A DNA stretch of 64,000 nucleotides from Nitrospirales bacterium (GTDB taxonomy: Bacteria; Nitrospirota; Nitrospiria; Nitrospirales; UBA8639), in assembly GCA_965203295.1 (NCBI GenBank), contig CBDBCZ010000012.1, positions 544,001 through 608,000 of the forward strand, read 5' to 3'. The translations under genes and the position numbers were made by a program. The notes beneath the pieces were generated by a model. That model saw only the letters and a list, made by a program, of their open reading frames with translations. It made no database searches and had not been told where the DNA came from. Positions 26,231-38,503 of this stretch are shown here, one piece after another. Position 1 is the first letter of the stretch. Each line of letters begins with the position of its first letter.

Positions 26231-28224
26231 CTCGATTTAGTATGTAATTTAACTCATTACACACAGGAGGCCACATAAGTGACCTGTATTTAATAAATTT
26301 TTGTGTTTAACCCACGTAAATCGCCCGCGTGCATAATAACGCTTCATTAGGGGAGAACCGCTCTATTATCAGAAACGGCTCATATTTATTCATTGCCTAA
26401 ATACCTGAAGTCATTTCGAGCAACCAGCACACAAGTGACAGCCAGATCGTTGATACCAGGTATATAGAGCACTTGCAGGATCGAGTTCTAGTGGCCGACT
26501 TCGATGCATACGTAGACTGTCCTTCTCATCACTCTACTTCACAAGTGGGGACATAAGCATCACGGAAAGCTTCTAGCTAACACGCTGAGGCTTGCTAGTA
26601 CACTCAAAGCTCATCGTCTATGCTTCCCCATTCCAAAAAGCTGGAAATTTGATGTACTTGCTTCTTTTGCTTCTATATGGAGACCAGACGTCATAGCTGG
26701 GAGTCATCAGTAGCTGTTCTGTCTGCTAAACGCTAGCAGCAAGCAAAGTAGTACAAAGCACGTTTTACTGAGACACTAATAATATGCGTGAGGTTAAATT
26801 AATTCACGCACGGTGGTGCCCAAGATGATGTAATTTCTGCGTGAGTCATCTGCCTAGTTGATGCTTTGACCGGTGTAAATGTGCATAGTTTTTGGTGGCG
26901 GCATTTTTCCCCTCACTCTTTCATCACACCCTGACATGGTCCAAACGGTACAAGGACCACAAGGAGCCCCTTCATGAAACTCTCTCTTGTGGCCATTCCC
27001 AGGTGGACTCCCAGGGTATTCAGAGCCCTCGTTTCCATCACTGCCTTGCTTAGGTTGCGTATTTTGTACTGACATAACCTGTAGACCTATGTGCAGATCA
27101 GCTCTCAGAACTAGTACAGCGAGAAGACAAGCCAGCATTGTTGCTATACCACCACCAAAGGAATTGGTGGTGGCAGCACACACTTTGACAGCAGAAGTAC
27201 AACAGAAAAAATGAGACAGTATCTCAGGCCACATACTGATAACATTGCAAGTCCTACAGTTAGTCCCAAAAAGCAACACCATTAGGACTACATTTGATGT
27301 ACCAAAACATCAGCAGTATGTCTACAATTCTGCTGAATGCCAACACAATAGCATCCACTGTGCACTCAACAATTTTAGCATGGGGCAAAACACCTCAAGA
27401 TGAAGAAGCTAGAATCCCCCAGGGAACAGTTGGCCAACCAGTAACAGGAGTGTAGCAGCTGTTACAGCTACACCTATGGACAACATCAATGTATATCTTG
27501 TTGGGTTTATATTTTGTTGGTGTCTGAGGCATGTGTACATGCATGCTGCAGGCACAACACAACTACAGCTGCATCCTTGTGAGCACTGGTGTTAGCCACA
27601 TCAGTGCTCTGAGGTACATGTACTAGCTCTGGTCCCATACCCATTACAAAAAGGAGCAAAAAGATGAAGATACTGAACACAATACAAGGAATGGAAACTA
27701 CGGTATGTAGCTAGGATTGATAAACTGACTAGTTGTGCTCTGCTAGGAAATTGCGGCAGCAAGCTAAAAGGTGTTTGTAATGCTGTAGTGAAATTCAGAC
27801 AATACTGGTATATACTAGAGGTACACACATTACCAGAAATTTTTACTACTTCTGCGGATATGCCGGAATATCTGTAATTAATTGTAATCGTGGCGTGTGC
27901 CTTCGCAGTAACGTACAGTTTGCAGAAGTTCCATGGTAGCCACCATTCGGAGTAAACAAAGCTAATGAAAATTATGGCCATGATCTGCCACTCTGCTTGA
28001 GTGCGCTACTCACCAGGTACTATCGAGCTCTGCATAATAACTCCAGCACGGCAGACGTGTGGGCAAGGCTGGCACGCCCAGCCCGTTTGCGTAATCGCCT
28101 GGTGCTCAAACCGAACAGTGCGAAGCAATAATAATAGTGTGTTTGGGTGGGTGTTCTGCCAATGCTTCAAGTATCCTGCTCCACTGCAGCACCCCCCACT
28201 CATTCACACAAATCTGAAAGTTCA

Positions 28225-28760
28225 AAGACATCTTAGGTTGACAGTATGTGCTTGGTACACTCAGTGCATGATACACTCACAGGACAACTCAATGTTCTGC
28301 TTTGTCCATCAAGTTGTCTTATTCTGGTGGTTGTGTTGTCATCGTCAGGTGTGATTATGTCATCGTGCTTCCTCTTCCGACCCGAGCTATCCTTCTGTCT
28401 CTGTAAGAGAAGAAAACCATTATATGTATAAGTTATTGACTGGGTGCCTAGGAAAGACATCTTAGGTTGACAGTATGTGCTTGGTACACACTTGCACTTG
28501 GTACACTCAATGCAGAATAATATACTCTTACGGGACACTTGAAGAGTCTTCTTGTATCATCCGAGTCCAACCTTCTAATTTTGGTACTCATTTTCTCTTC
28601 CTAGTGGAGAGACAACTCAGTTGAGTGGCTGTTACTCGTACATTTCAGACAGAGACAGAGATTATATGTATAGGTTATTGACTGGGTGCCTAGGAAAGAC
28701 ATCTTTTAGGTTGACAGTATGTGCTTGGTACACTCAGTGCATGATACACTTACAGGACAA
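28225..28760 (+). repeat. Three degenerate tandem copies, period ~230-240 bp
   Basis: AAGACATCTT(TT)AGGTTGACAGTATGTGCTTGGTACAC at ~28226, ~28455 and ~28696. Confidence 0.8.
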
Positions 28761-28960
28761 GTCAGTGTGTCTTGACCCCCATCATACAACCTCCGAATTA
28801 TTGTCTCTAAACTGTCTTCTCTCTAGTGGTGTAGGAAGAAACAGAAGCATCTGAAATGACGTTTCTTGTCTGCATGTACCAAGATGTTGCCTCCCCCTTC
28901 ATCACAGTGGTTCGAGGTGGTACAGTGTGGTGTTGCATCACATACGATATTCTAATCAAT

Positions 28961-29772
28961 ACAAGTAAATAAAAAAATTTCAAAAAAAATTCAAAAGATG
29001 TAGGGATGGAGTGCCAAAAAGCAAGAAAACAAGGGTAGGGATAGCATGACGCAACATACACAGCCCCATCCCTACATCTTTTTCACATGTCACTGCAACC
29101 GTAGCGCTGCAATACAATTATTGATGTCATACCCAAAACCAGTGACAACTTGCATGCACCGGCCAACCCTCTTCGCACGGTTTGCTGATATGTCACAGCT
29201 ACCTACATGCATGTACCAGTTGAACCAGTAAATTGTATCATTAGTATTATGTCTGAAGTATAATTATGCCTATGTTGTATGTTCTATTGATACATATTTT
29301 TAAGTGGGGTACTAATGAGGGTGTACACACTGTGTGTATGTTTGCATGTATATACATTGTACAGTGTGTTTATACAAGCAAACATACACACAGTGTATAT
29401 TCATGCAGGCTTATTAGTACTTGGAATGTAATTTCATCCCATGATTGTACATAGATTCTGTCATGCAGGAGCTACTGTTTGGTGCGGCTCGTACAAAAGT
29501 ATGTCTGGGTACTAAGGAGGCTGGAAATAAGCTGAAAATGACACACACAGCTTAAATTGCAATACACATCCATGGCCACCCCCTTCTCAGTGCTGCCTAC
29601 AGGAAGGACCATTAAGAATTAATTAGGCCATCATTGCAGTTGACATGTGAAAAAGATGTAGGGATGGGGCTGTGTATGTTGCGTCATGCTATCCCTACCC
29701 TTGTTTTCTTGCTTTTTGGCACTCCATCCCTACATCTTTTTAAATTTTTTTGAAATTTTTTTATTTACTTGT
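28961..29772. repeat. Inverted pair of ~138-bp Helentron-type terminal sequences ('end B')
   Basis: 28961-29098 is the near-identical reverse complement of 29634-29772; each copy contains the internal IR AAAAGATGTAGGGATGG...CCATCCCTACATCTTTT and terminal ACAAGTAAAT. Confidence 0.9.
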
Positions 29773-30131
29773 TTCCGATGCTTTTTTTTATGCTTGCCAT
29801 AATCAGTAATAAAATAACATACATAGTATACAAGTTATTACAAGTTGACTAAATAGTTGTTATATACATATGTACAAGTTGATAAAATAGTTGGTTAATG
29901 GTATAAAGTTAAACAAAGATATAAATATAACATGTATAATATGTCCAGCGGTGATTAAATAGTTGTTATATACAAGTTGATGAAATAGTTAAATAATAAT
30001 AATTGTTATAATGACATATAAGGTTAAACAGAGTAAATATATTATCTAATTGTAATAGTTATTATTAATAGTAACTTGGCAGTGGGTTATCTGCATAAGG
30101 AAGAGGGAACAATAAATATGTGTTGTACAAA

Positions 30132-30458
30132 TTATTTGTAAGGTGGCAAACTTACGTTTTCAATAGTACGGCCACTGCCTCGCCCTCCTCGAGCTGGCCC
30201 TCCTCGAGCTGGCCCTCCTCGAGCTCCGCCTCGGTAGGGAGGGGCCTTGCGGGTTCTGCGCCCCCTTCTCGTTTTCCGCCTCCCCCGCCCCCTCCCCCGA
30301 AAACGGAGAATGCCGCCGCGGGCGGCGGGAGTAGGGGCAGGGGGTCGGGCAGGGGCTGATGCCAGAGCGGCACGGACTTCCGGGTCCTCTTCAACGTAAA
30401 CTGGCTCCTCCACCCCCTCCTCCCCCGATAAGTATCCATCCAAGATGTCGTAGTCCAT
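30132..30458 (-). CDS. Small acidic-then-RG/RGG-rich ORF (possible exon), function unknown
   Basis: GC-rich ORF MDYDILDGYLSGEE...RGRGRGRR...RGGPARGG; preceded by acceptor-like ttttgcaacag and with a GTAAGT donor near its end. Confidence 0.4.
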   Translation of the reverse strand: MDYDILDGYLSGEEGVEEPVYVEEDPEVRAALASAPARPPAPTPAARGGILRFRGRGRGRRKTRRGRRTRKAPPYRGGARGGPARGGPARGGRGSGRTIENVSLPPYK

Positions 30459-31772
30459 TTCTGTTGCAAAATGAATTTAGCTAATAATAATAGTACATGT
30501 GCATGGGAATTGCTAAGATTGTAGGCCACTATTTGCGATTGTATTCGCAATCAGAGAGTCGGTAGACTCTCTATGTAGGGATGGCACGGACACTCCATAT
30601 ATTAACTATTGCGCTAGCTAGCAATACACCTAATAGTGCCACGCAAAATACCAGCACATCTATTAATTTTACTGGTATATAGTAGTTTAAAGTTAATTCA
30701 ACGCTTCACCTAAAGCATCCGTGTACGTGTAAAAAATACTGAAATCCCACCTTCTTCCGGGTCTCGAGTTCGCTCCTCGCGCTCGCGCTCGGGGCCGGGG
30801 CGGGGCTCGGGCGATTCGGGGACGGACGGTGGGCAAGAGGGCGCCGGCGCTTCAGACATGGTTTTTCTTTGCAGAAAATGACCTAAGCTCGGTCTGCTTA
30901 TTCTTTTAACTAATGAAGCAGCTGTAGCTGCCTAAGGAGGCCTTGCCTTTCTGCACGCGCGTTAAGTCGGCTGTACTGTACGCATAATAATTATAGTATG
31001 TACAGGCAGAGTCGGCGCGGCGCGCGCACATAGTATACAACGGCTTCTGCATAGGAGCGGTTCATAATTAATTTTGCGTACGTACATAATACATGTACGC
31101 ACAATTTATAATGACGTACTGGCTTACAGTGTATGCAGCATATGTAGAAACTTGAACTAACAATACCACAGTCAGATACATGTACAATGTCATGTACAGT
31201 GGCATCGCAATGCGGGAGCTATATAGAAAAGTGGGGATGTAGCTATAGAAATTATACAGAATGAATAGGCCCTGTGATGAGGACACCGAGTTAAAAGCAT
31301 GGCATAAACACGATTGTACACTGACAGAGAGTCATTTTCCGCAGAGGTACAATGTCATGCACGTACACTGTCTATTTGGTGTCTATCCTAAGGCTCTCCA
31401 GTTGGGAATGGTAGTGGGTGTGTACAAAAACTAGAATGATCAGGTGACCAGTGAACTGGCCAAAGAATTGTCATGGGAAATGAGTTAAAACACGGCATGA
31501 ACAGAATGAGTGCTTCAACTACACTGACTGAGAGCCAATCACCAGAGAGGTACTGTCCACTTTGTGTATTTCCCAAGGTTTCCAAGTTGGGGGTGCTGTG
31601 TGTATGTGTGTGTCAGTGAGCCTGTGTGATATACATGTACATGTAATAGTCTATTATGACAAATGAAACTGTTTGATCTTCGCCCTTACCCCCACCAGAT
31701 CAAGTGCTATGGGTCAGACACTTCCAATACTCAGAGGGTGAACTTGGCAATAGGGCTAAGGCTAATTACCCC

Positions 31773-31824
31773 TATCCTCGTTCCCGGCCCCCCAATTTTT
31801 CGAGGGGGCCCGGGAAGGAGGCTA
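31773..31824. mobile_element. Degenerate AcademH-type MITE
   Basis: TATCCTCGTTCCCGG...CCGGGAAGGAGGCTA with imperfect TSD AATTACCCC / ATTTACCCC. Confidence 0.55.
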
Positions 31825-32266
31825 ATTTACCCCATGATTTGTATCCTTGTTGATAACACCAATACCAGCCCCACAATGGAGCTTACCTATCGGTGTTTCT
31901 TGACAAAATGTTGTAAACAGCTTTCTTGTAAATGTCCTAGTAGTTGTTCATTGCTGCTCAGGGCCGAGGGGTTGGGGGACGGCCATACTTAGGGGTGGGG
32001 CTATACTCAAGGGTGGGGTCGCCAATGTGTGGTAGACACAGTCTGTACTCCTAGATCCTACAAAGGGTAAAAGAAAACCAATGTACCTGTCAGGCTCCCA
32101 GGACACATGTCAACATGTTAGCCCCCACAAGTAAGTGTGGGTAATTGCATGCAGACAACAGGACTACCAGTTTACATGCCTATATCTGCACATGCCTGCC
32201 CCAGGCTACAAGGTACACAACTATGAACAATGTTCAAAGGCACCTGCAACCACTGACCTCATATTC

Positions 32267-33458
32267 AGGGGTGGCCTTTGTACTCAGGAGTGGGTCAGGG
32301 GTGGGCTAATACTTAAAAGTGGGTCAGGGGTGGGCTCATACTCAGAAGTGGGTCAGGGGTGGGCTTAAACTCAGACATGGGGTGGGCTCATACTCGGAAG
32401 TGGGTCAGGGGTGGGCTCATACTCGGAAGTGGGTCAGGGGTGGTCTCAAACTCAGAAGTGGGGTGGGCTCAGACTCAGAAGTGGGTCAGGGGTGGGCTCA
32501 AACTCAGAAGTGGGGTGGGCTCAGCCTCGGGAAGTGGGTCAGGGGTGGGCTCATACTCGGAAGTGGGTCAGGGGTGGGCTCATACTCGGAAGTGGGTCAG
32601 GGGTGGGCTCAAACTCGGAAGTGGGGTGGGCTCAGCCTCGGAAGTGGGTCAGGGGTGGGCTCATACTCGGAAGTGGGTCAGGGGTGGGCTCATACTCAGA
32701 AGTGGGGTGGGCTCATACTCAGAAGTGGGGGTGGGCTCATACTCAGAAGTGGGTCAGGGGTGGGCTCATACTCGGAAGTGGGTCAGGGGTGGGCTCATAC
32801 TCAGAAGTGGGGTGGGCTCAGACTCAGAAGTGGGTCAGGGGTGGGCTCAGACTCAGAAGTGGGGTGGGCTCATACTCAGAAGTGGGTCAGGGGTGGGCTC
32901 ATACTCAGAAGTGGGTCAGGGGTGGGCTCATACTCGGAAGTGGGTCAGGGGTGGGCTCAGACTCAGAAGTGGGGTGGGCTCAGACTCAGAAGTGGGTCAG
33001 GTGGGCTCAGACTCAGAAGTGGGGTGGGCTCATACTCAGAAGTGGGCTCATACTCAGAAGTGGGGTGGGCTCAGACTCAGAAGTGGGTCAGGGGTGGGCT
33101 CATACTCAGAAGTGGGGTGGGCTCATACTCAGAAGTGGGTCAGGGGTGGGCTCATACTCGTAAGTGGGTCAGGGGTGGGCTCATACTCAGAAGTGGGGTG
33201 GGCTCAGACTCAGAAGTGGGTCAGGGGTGGGCTCAGACTCAGAAGTGGGGTGGGCTCATACTCAGAAGTGGGTCAGGGGTGGGCTCATACTCAGAAGTGG
33301 GTCAGGGGTGAGCTCATACTCAGAAGTGGGGTGGGCTCAGACTCAGAAGTGGGTCAGGGGTGGGCTCAGACTCAGAAGTGGGTCAGGGGTGGGCTCATAC
33401 TCGGAAGTGGGGTGGGCTCATACTCAGAAGTGGGTCAGGGGTGGGCTCATACTCAGAG
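32267..33458 (+). repeat. G-rich minisatellite, 29-bp unit GGGTCAGGGGTGGGCTCATACTCAGAAGT with 23-bp variants (~40 copies)
   Basis: Directly visible; a short second array of the same unit lies at 45263-45385. Confidence 0.97.
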
Positions 33459-34047
33459 GTTGTATGTTTTGTACTGTGTGAACTCCTACACACAGAGTTA
33501 TTCCCACACTGCACGCTACACACACATGTGTATCTGTTACCTTACATGTGATCTGTACTGTAACTGCTGCCTGGTATCATGTGTCCCACTGACTGGGCAC
33601 ATGTCAATATGTTTACCCCCAACCATTGATTGCAGACAACAAGACTACACCTGTAATGCTTAAGTGCACATGCACACATGCTCCAGGCCCAGTCCTACCT
33701 GTTGCCATAACCTCTGAACATTGTTCAAGGACATATTCTGTCTTTCTTACCCAGTACATATCAGAGACATAATTATGCATGAAATGTTTGTCCTCACCTT
33801 CCAACTATAGCTTGAAATGCAGTTACTAGCTCTGCTGAAGCTGCTGCCAAACCAGTCATTTCTCACACCTGGAAACCAATATCCTGAATACTGTGCATGT
33901 AACACATAAAACCACTTCCAATTTCATCGTGGAATTTCTAATTCTATTTGAAATATTGATGACATTTTCAGGCATACAGCATAAACTATCAAGAAAAGGA
34001 AAAAGATTGGTTAAAAAAATAAAATTGTCTGTGTCTGGCAATGTAAG

Positions 34048-37000
34048 TTATTCATCGTCCTGTTCTTCATCTTCATCTTCTTCAATACTAATGAGAATAT
34101 TCTCTCTTCCAACCAATAAAACATTCCGGCCAGACCCCACAGATGGAGAAACGTCATTTTCTTCGTCTGCAAAATAGAAAGTGGAAAAGTTCCAATTACA
34201 ATTGCCAATGCAGCTAGGTTGAAATTTCAACAAGCAGAAGTTATTTGGGAATTGTTGAAATTTCAATATGCAAGCTAGCGGGATTGGTTGAAATTTCAAT
34301 ATGCAAGCTACAAGGAAATTTCAATCTACCAGAGTTGGTTGAAATTTCAATATGCAAGCTACCAGGATTGGTTGAAATTTCAATATGCAAGCTACAAGGA
34401 AATTTCAATCTACTGGTAAATTCACTATCGGTAGATTGGTTGAAATTTCAATATGCAAGCTACCGGGTTTCGAATATGCAAGCTACCGGGATTGGTTGAA
34501 ATTTCAACATGCAAGCTACAAGGAAATTTCAATCTACCACAATTGGTTGAAATTTCAATATGCAAGCTACATATGTAACAGTGAAAGTGAAAACTATCGG
34601 GATGTTCAATATGCAAGACTTACATAGTACTTACCATTACAGGGGTTAAACTCCAGAACCCATTCTCCAGGAGCTGCAAATAATTCGATTAGACCTTTGA
34701 GGCACCTTCTGGGACTCCCAGAAAAGACGTTTGTTGTCTTCTTCAGCATACAGGCTTTCACAACAGCACTGTTGGAATATGCCATCACAACCGGCTTTAT
34801 GGCGTCCGACAGCACACTATCACCTGCAGCGGGGAACAATGTTTAGCAGCTTACTCAGGTGCTCAAGCATTCAAAGCACGAGTGTGCTTGTGTACAGCTC
34901 AAACTCAAATGCACAGCTCAAACTATGTTTTACACTCCACATTTTGAAACTCATGGGTATGTCACTCACCGGAGGTAGCATCCTCAAGGTGCCAGTAGGC
35001 CACCTGTGTTTCCAGCTCACTGTTGGAGAGTGTGGACAACAGGGCAGGGAATTCTTGAACGGAAGTTGGAATGGCTATTGCAAATCCTTCCCTGCCAGCT
35101 CCTCTGTTGAGAGCCTGCACGACCCTCAGATACTGTGGGAGCTGTAATAAAAATATAGTAGTCCTACATAATTTTATACTTGTACATGAACTTCCTTCCT
35201 AGAACAAAACAAACAACAAGAGAGATCTTTTATAACCCCCCCCCCCCCCCCAGATGTTATGTATGCACATACCTCCTGCTCCCTGCTCCTCATTACTATA
35301 AGTGGAAAACCACCAAACTGAGGAAGCAGCGTTGCGATCTCCTGGAAAGTCACATCTGCCGGAGAAGACCGCAGGTAGATAGCGTGGAGAATATTACCAC
35401 CAACTTCCTTGCAGATAGACTGGGATTGGGGGTGATCACTGGGTGCCGTGACCGCCGATGACTGTATTGCTCGCTTGCAAAACTGCTGAAAAGCGGTCTT
35501 GGATGGTCCCACGAGTCTGGTTGCTGTCATGAACGGTTGCAGTGCATCAACTCCAGTGAACCGTGGGTACTTCTCCGCCGCTTCTTCCCAAGACGAAGCC
35601 CCTACCTCCTTTGCGAACTCTGCCTTCAGCCTGTTGAGCTTTTTTATTTCTTTACACTCCTGGTTCAGGCGATTGAGGGGGAGTGTTCCTTGCTGAACAC
35701 GTTCCAGGAGTGTGTGCACCGTGCCATCGTCGAGGTTTCTTAGCTCTCGAAAGTTGGAGGCCTTGCAGTCAGGCTTGGAGTGTGACATGGACTTCTTCGC
35801 ACCCTCAAATGTGGCAAACACGTCTAACAACACTTTGTAGGTGTCATTGGGTAGAGCTGCCAACAGGAACAGCATGTTGTCAGTGAGGTTTCGCTTCTGT
35901 CAAAGGAATAACAGTTTGTCAAAACAACTTCTAATCAGTGCCCACCATCTCCCATCACCAGCTACAGGTCCATTAGGAGGAGCTATGAGCTAACAGTAAT
36001 TCTATCCTATCTAGATATGATATAATAGAGCACAAGAAAACTTACAGTCGTCATGAGCGTAGCTGCACAGGCATCTCTCCACTGAGTTGTTGCCCTAGGG
36101 GTAGCTTCAGCGTCACTCGATCTAGTTTCTGCATAAAGCTTCATCCTGCACAGCTGAATCTAACAACAACCATAGAGGATCATTCAGTAGAGTGGGGGAA
36201 AGAATGCAGTGTGTAAAGTCCGGAGTACAGATAGTATAAGGATACTTTGACATCAGATCATAGACTATGCACGTTGGTCACCACAATTAGCAGACTTGCC
36301 ATACCTTGTCCTGTGTGGTCATTTGATGCACGAAACTCTGCTGCCGGTTGTGCTTCATGCCCAGAAACTGTGCTTCTTCATCGCTGAGGTTGTAGTAGAC
36401 ACTAACGGAGCGTTTGCAGTATCTGTCATCCTTTGTCAACTCTGGATTTTCCTCTAGTAGCTCCTTGAGGGCTGTCCTTGAGTTGTTGCCCCCCAGCGTT
36501 TCGTAGAGGTATCCTTCTGGATGTTTCTCATCATACGTTTCTCCCTCAGGTAGGCGAATGTGGCCAATTATAGGAGCAACGTCGGTTGTTGGATTAGCCA
36601 ACATCTCCGTCTTCAAGCAATCGACAAACACTTTGTCCACTGGCCTCACAAGGCGTGTTGGGCCCGGCTCTTTAAGGCAGCTCACTGGTAGCATGAACTG
36701 ACCTAAAAGTTCGAAAACATTTATGAGTAAATAGCCAGATTACCCATCTAGTAGATGACGTATAAGGGAATATGAAATACCTACACATTAAACATACCAA
36801 CAAAGTGGTCATAGATGGCATCATTCATTTCCACATCCATACAGGCCTTCTTGACCTCCTTCTGCCCTCGTGGCTTATCACCAGCTGGTCGCTTCTTACC
36901 ACCACCAGCAACTATATGTACATAGATATGTAATTTACATCACATTGTACTGTATATATCTCACAAAAGTTATAACAAGCACACACACACACCTTTGGAT

Positions 37001-38170
37001 CGGTCCTGGGATTCACTAGAAGCCTGAGGTACATTTTCATTTCCTGACTGCAAGTGTGTTTCATCTATACATATAAAGTATAGACAATATCACTAAAAAT
37101 TTCAAAGTTGATTGCCACTATCTCCCCTCTGAGCATACCTTCAGATTGAGACTGTGATTGATGTGAATCAGATGCATTCACTGCTTCACCAGGAGTGTAA
37201 CAGCCAGTACTCTTGTTGATGAAGGGCATCACACTTGTGCGAAACACGCTACAATACTCCTCCTCCAATGTGAGAGCAGACAGGAGACGTGGGAGAAAGT
37301 GCTTTTCTCTATCTAACTTCTCCAGCCTAAGAGAGTGAGGTTTATGCCCGTCCAGCACCTTGAACTGTAACAAAAGATGAAAATACTACACATCAAATCT
37401 CGGGCCTTTTGGGCCTACTAACAGTAAGGATTTAAAGAGAGAAATATTTCGGGGGGAGGGGGGGACAGTTGTAGCTTATCAGTGAAGCTGGCACACTATA
37501 CTACGGTAGGCTATGTCTGTAAACGGCTAGGCTGAGGTCTTAGCAGGTCTGTATTGTTTTGTATATGTTTGTAGGGTCCTCTGAGTTTAATACTGCCTCC
37601 ACGTGGCTCAGGGCAGGATCACTTAACAGCACTAAGGAAAGACGGGGCTATTCCGACGGCGGGGTAATTCCGCGGAGTTAGGTGATGGCTTTTTGATTCA
37701 GTATAGGTCAATGGGACAGTCATATGCATAGCAGTTTGTAGCTTTGTAACTTCTATGAAACTGGAACTACACTCTGGTGTCGGAATTACCCCCAGGGTTA
37801 AAATTCTGTCGGAATAACTTACTCCCACTGGCAGATGATAAATGTTCCTAACATGCAGATGACACACCAATGCAAATGTATACAGCAAGCGAGCAAGTTC
37901 AACAAGCGCAAGTACTTTATACAAGTACTTGCTCGCTCGCTTGCTCTATTATGAACGCTGCACAATTTACTCGTACGTGAGAATACTCTAGACAATGCTC
38001 TTGTTACATTTACTACAGCTTACCACATCGTAGCTCTTGCCATCCTTGGGGTTCCGAATTGCACGCACTCCTGTCACGCACCCTACGAGGTGACCTTTCT
38101 CTGTTAGCCTCTTGCCGTTACAGCAGATGAAAATGCGATCGCTCTCGACGCCAAGGTACCACTGACCCAT
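34048..38170 (-). CDS. About 720-aa spliced protein: N-terminal region, NLS-like segment, ParB/Srx-like domain, helical region, degenerate amino-methyltransferase-like C-terminus; exons approx 38170-38024, 37364-37139, 37044-36993, 36911-36798, 36702-36305, 36159-36046, 35896-35273, 35142-34970, 34823-34635, 34167-34048
   Basis: GT-AG exon chain gives a continuous frame by manual translation; LVRPVDKVFVDCLK...YETLGGNNSRTAL...LGMKHN matches the ParB/Srx GxxRxxA pattern; KKRPAG..KK; LIELFAAPGEWVLEF...GRNVLLV resembles the C-terminal block of beta-class DNA amino-MTases. Confidence 0.75.
34218..34565. repeat. Array of palindrome TTGAAATTTCAA (~11 copies) in the last intron of the ParB-like gene
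   Basis: Repeats of GGTTGAAATTTCAATATGCAAGCTAC; counted by eye. Confidence 0.92.
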
Positions 38171-38503
38171 CAGCTTGATGAAGGTTGTGAAGAACAGCTA
38201 GCTGTAATAAAACTCTCCGAGAGGTGCTCAGGTGGCTAGATCGAGGGATGTAGCTAGGTGTTTATCGCTTGACACGTGCGAAATTCCCAAAGCCGGCCGA
38301 CCGGCCGGCCGGTGATCGGGGCCCGCGCCGCGTGGTCTTGCAGCTAACGCGGTGATCGGGGCCCGCGCGAGCGCGCGCAGCCGGCCGTACAACAGAATAC
38401 GTTTGTCCACGGAAATGTCCGACGGTGTGGACGGTTTAGTAGGAAATTCAAACGTTCCAGGTGATGAAAATCGAATACAGCTGTCAGCTACAATGTTTTC
38501 AAA
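38171..38503. promoter_or_regulatory. CpG-rich bidirectional promoter between the two transposon genes
   Basis: 333 bp separate the divergent ATGs; contains the direct repeat GGTGATCGGGGCCCGCGC x2 and GCCGGCCG motifs. Confidence 0.55.

Noticed and set aside
32267..33663. Long ORFs (330, 434, 250 aa) and CRISPR-like periodicity
   Set aside because: Tandem minisatellite with no unique spacers and no cas genes; the ORFs arise because the unit has few stop codons
34245..34627. ORFs with repeated LVEISICKL / WLKFQYASY
   Set aside because: Translations of the intronic palindrome array
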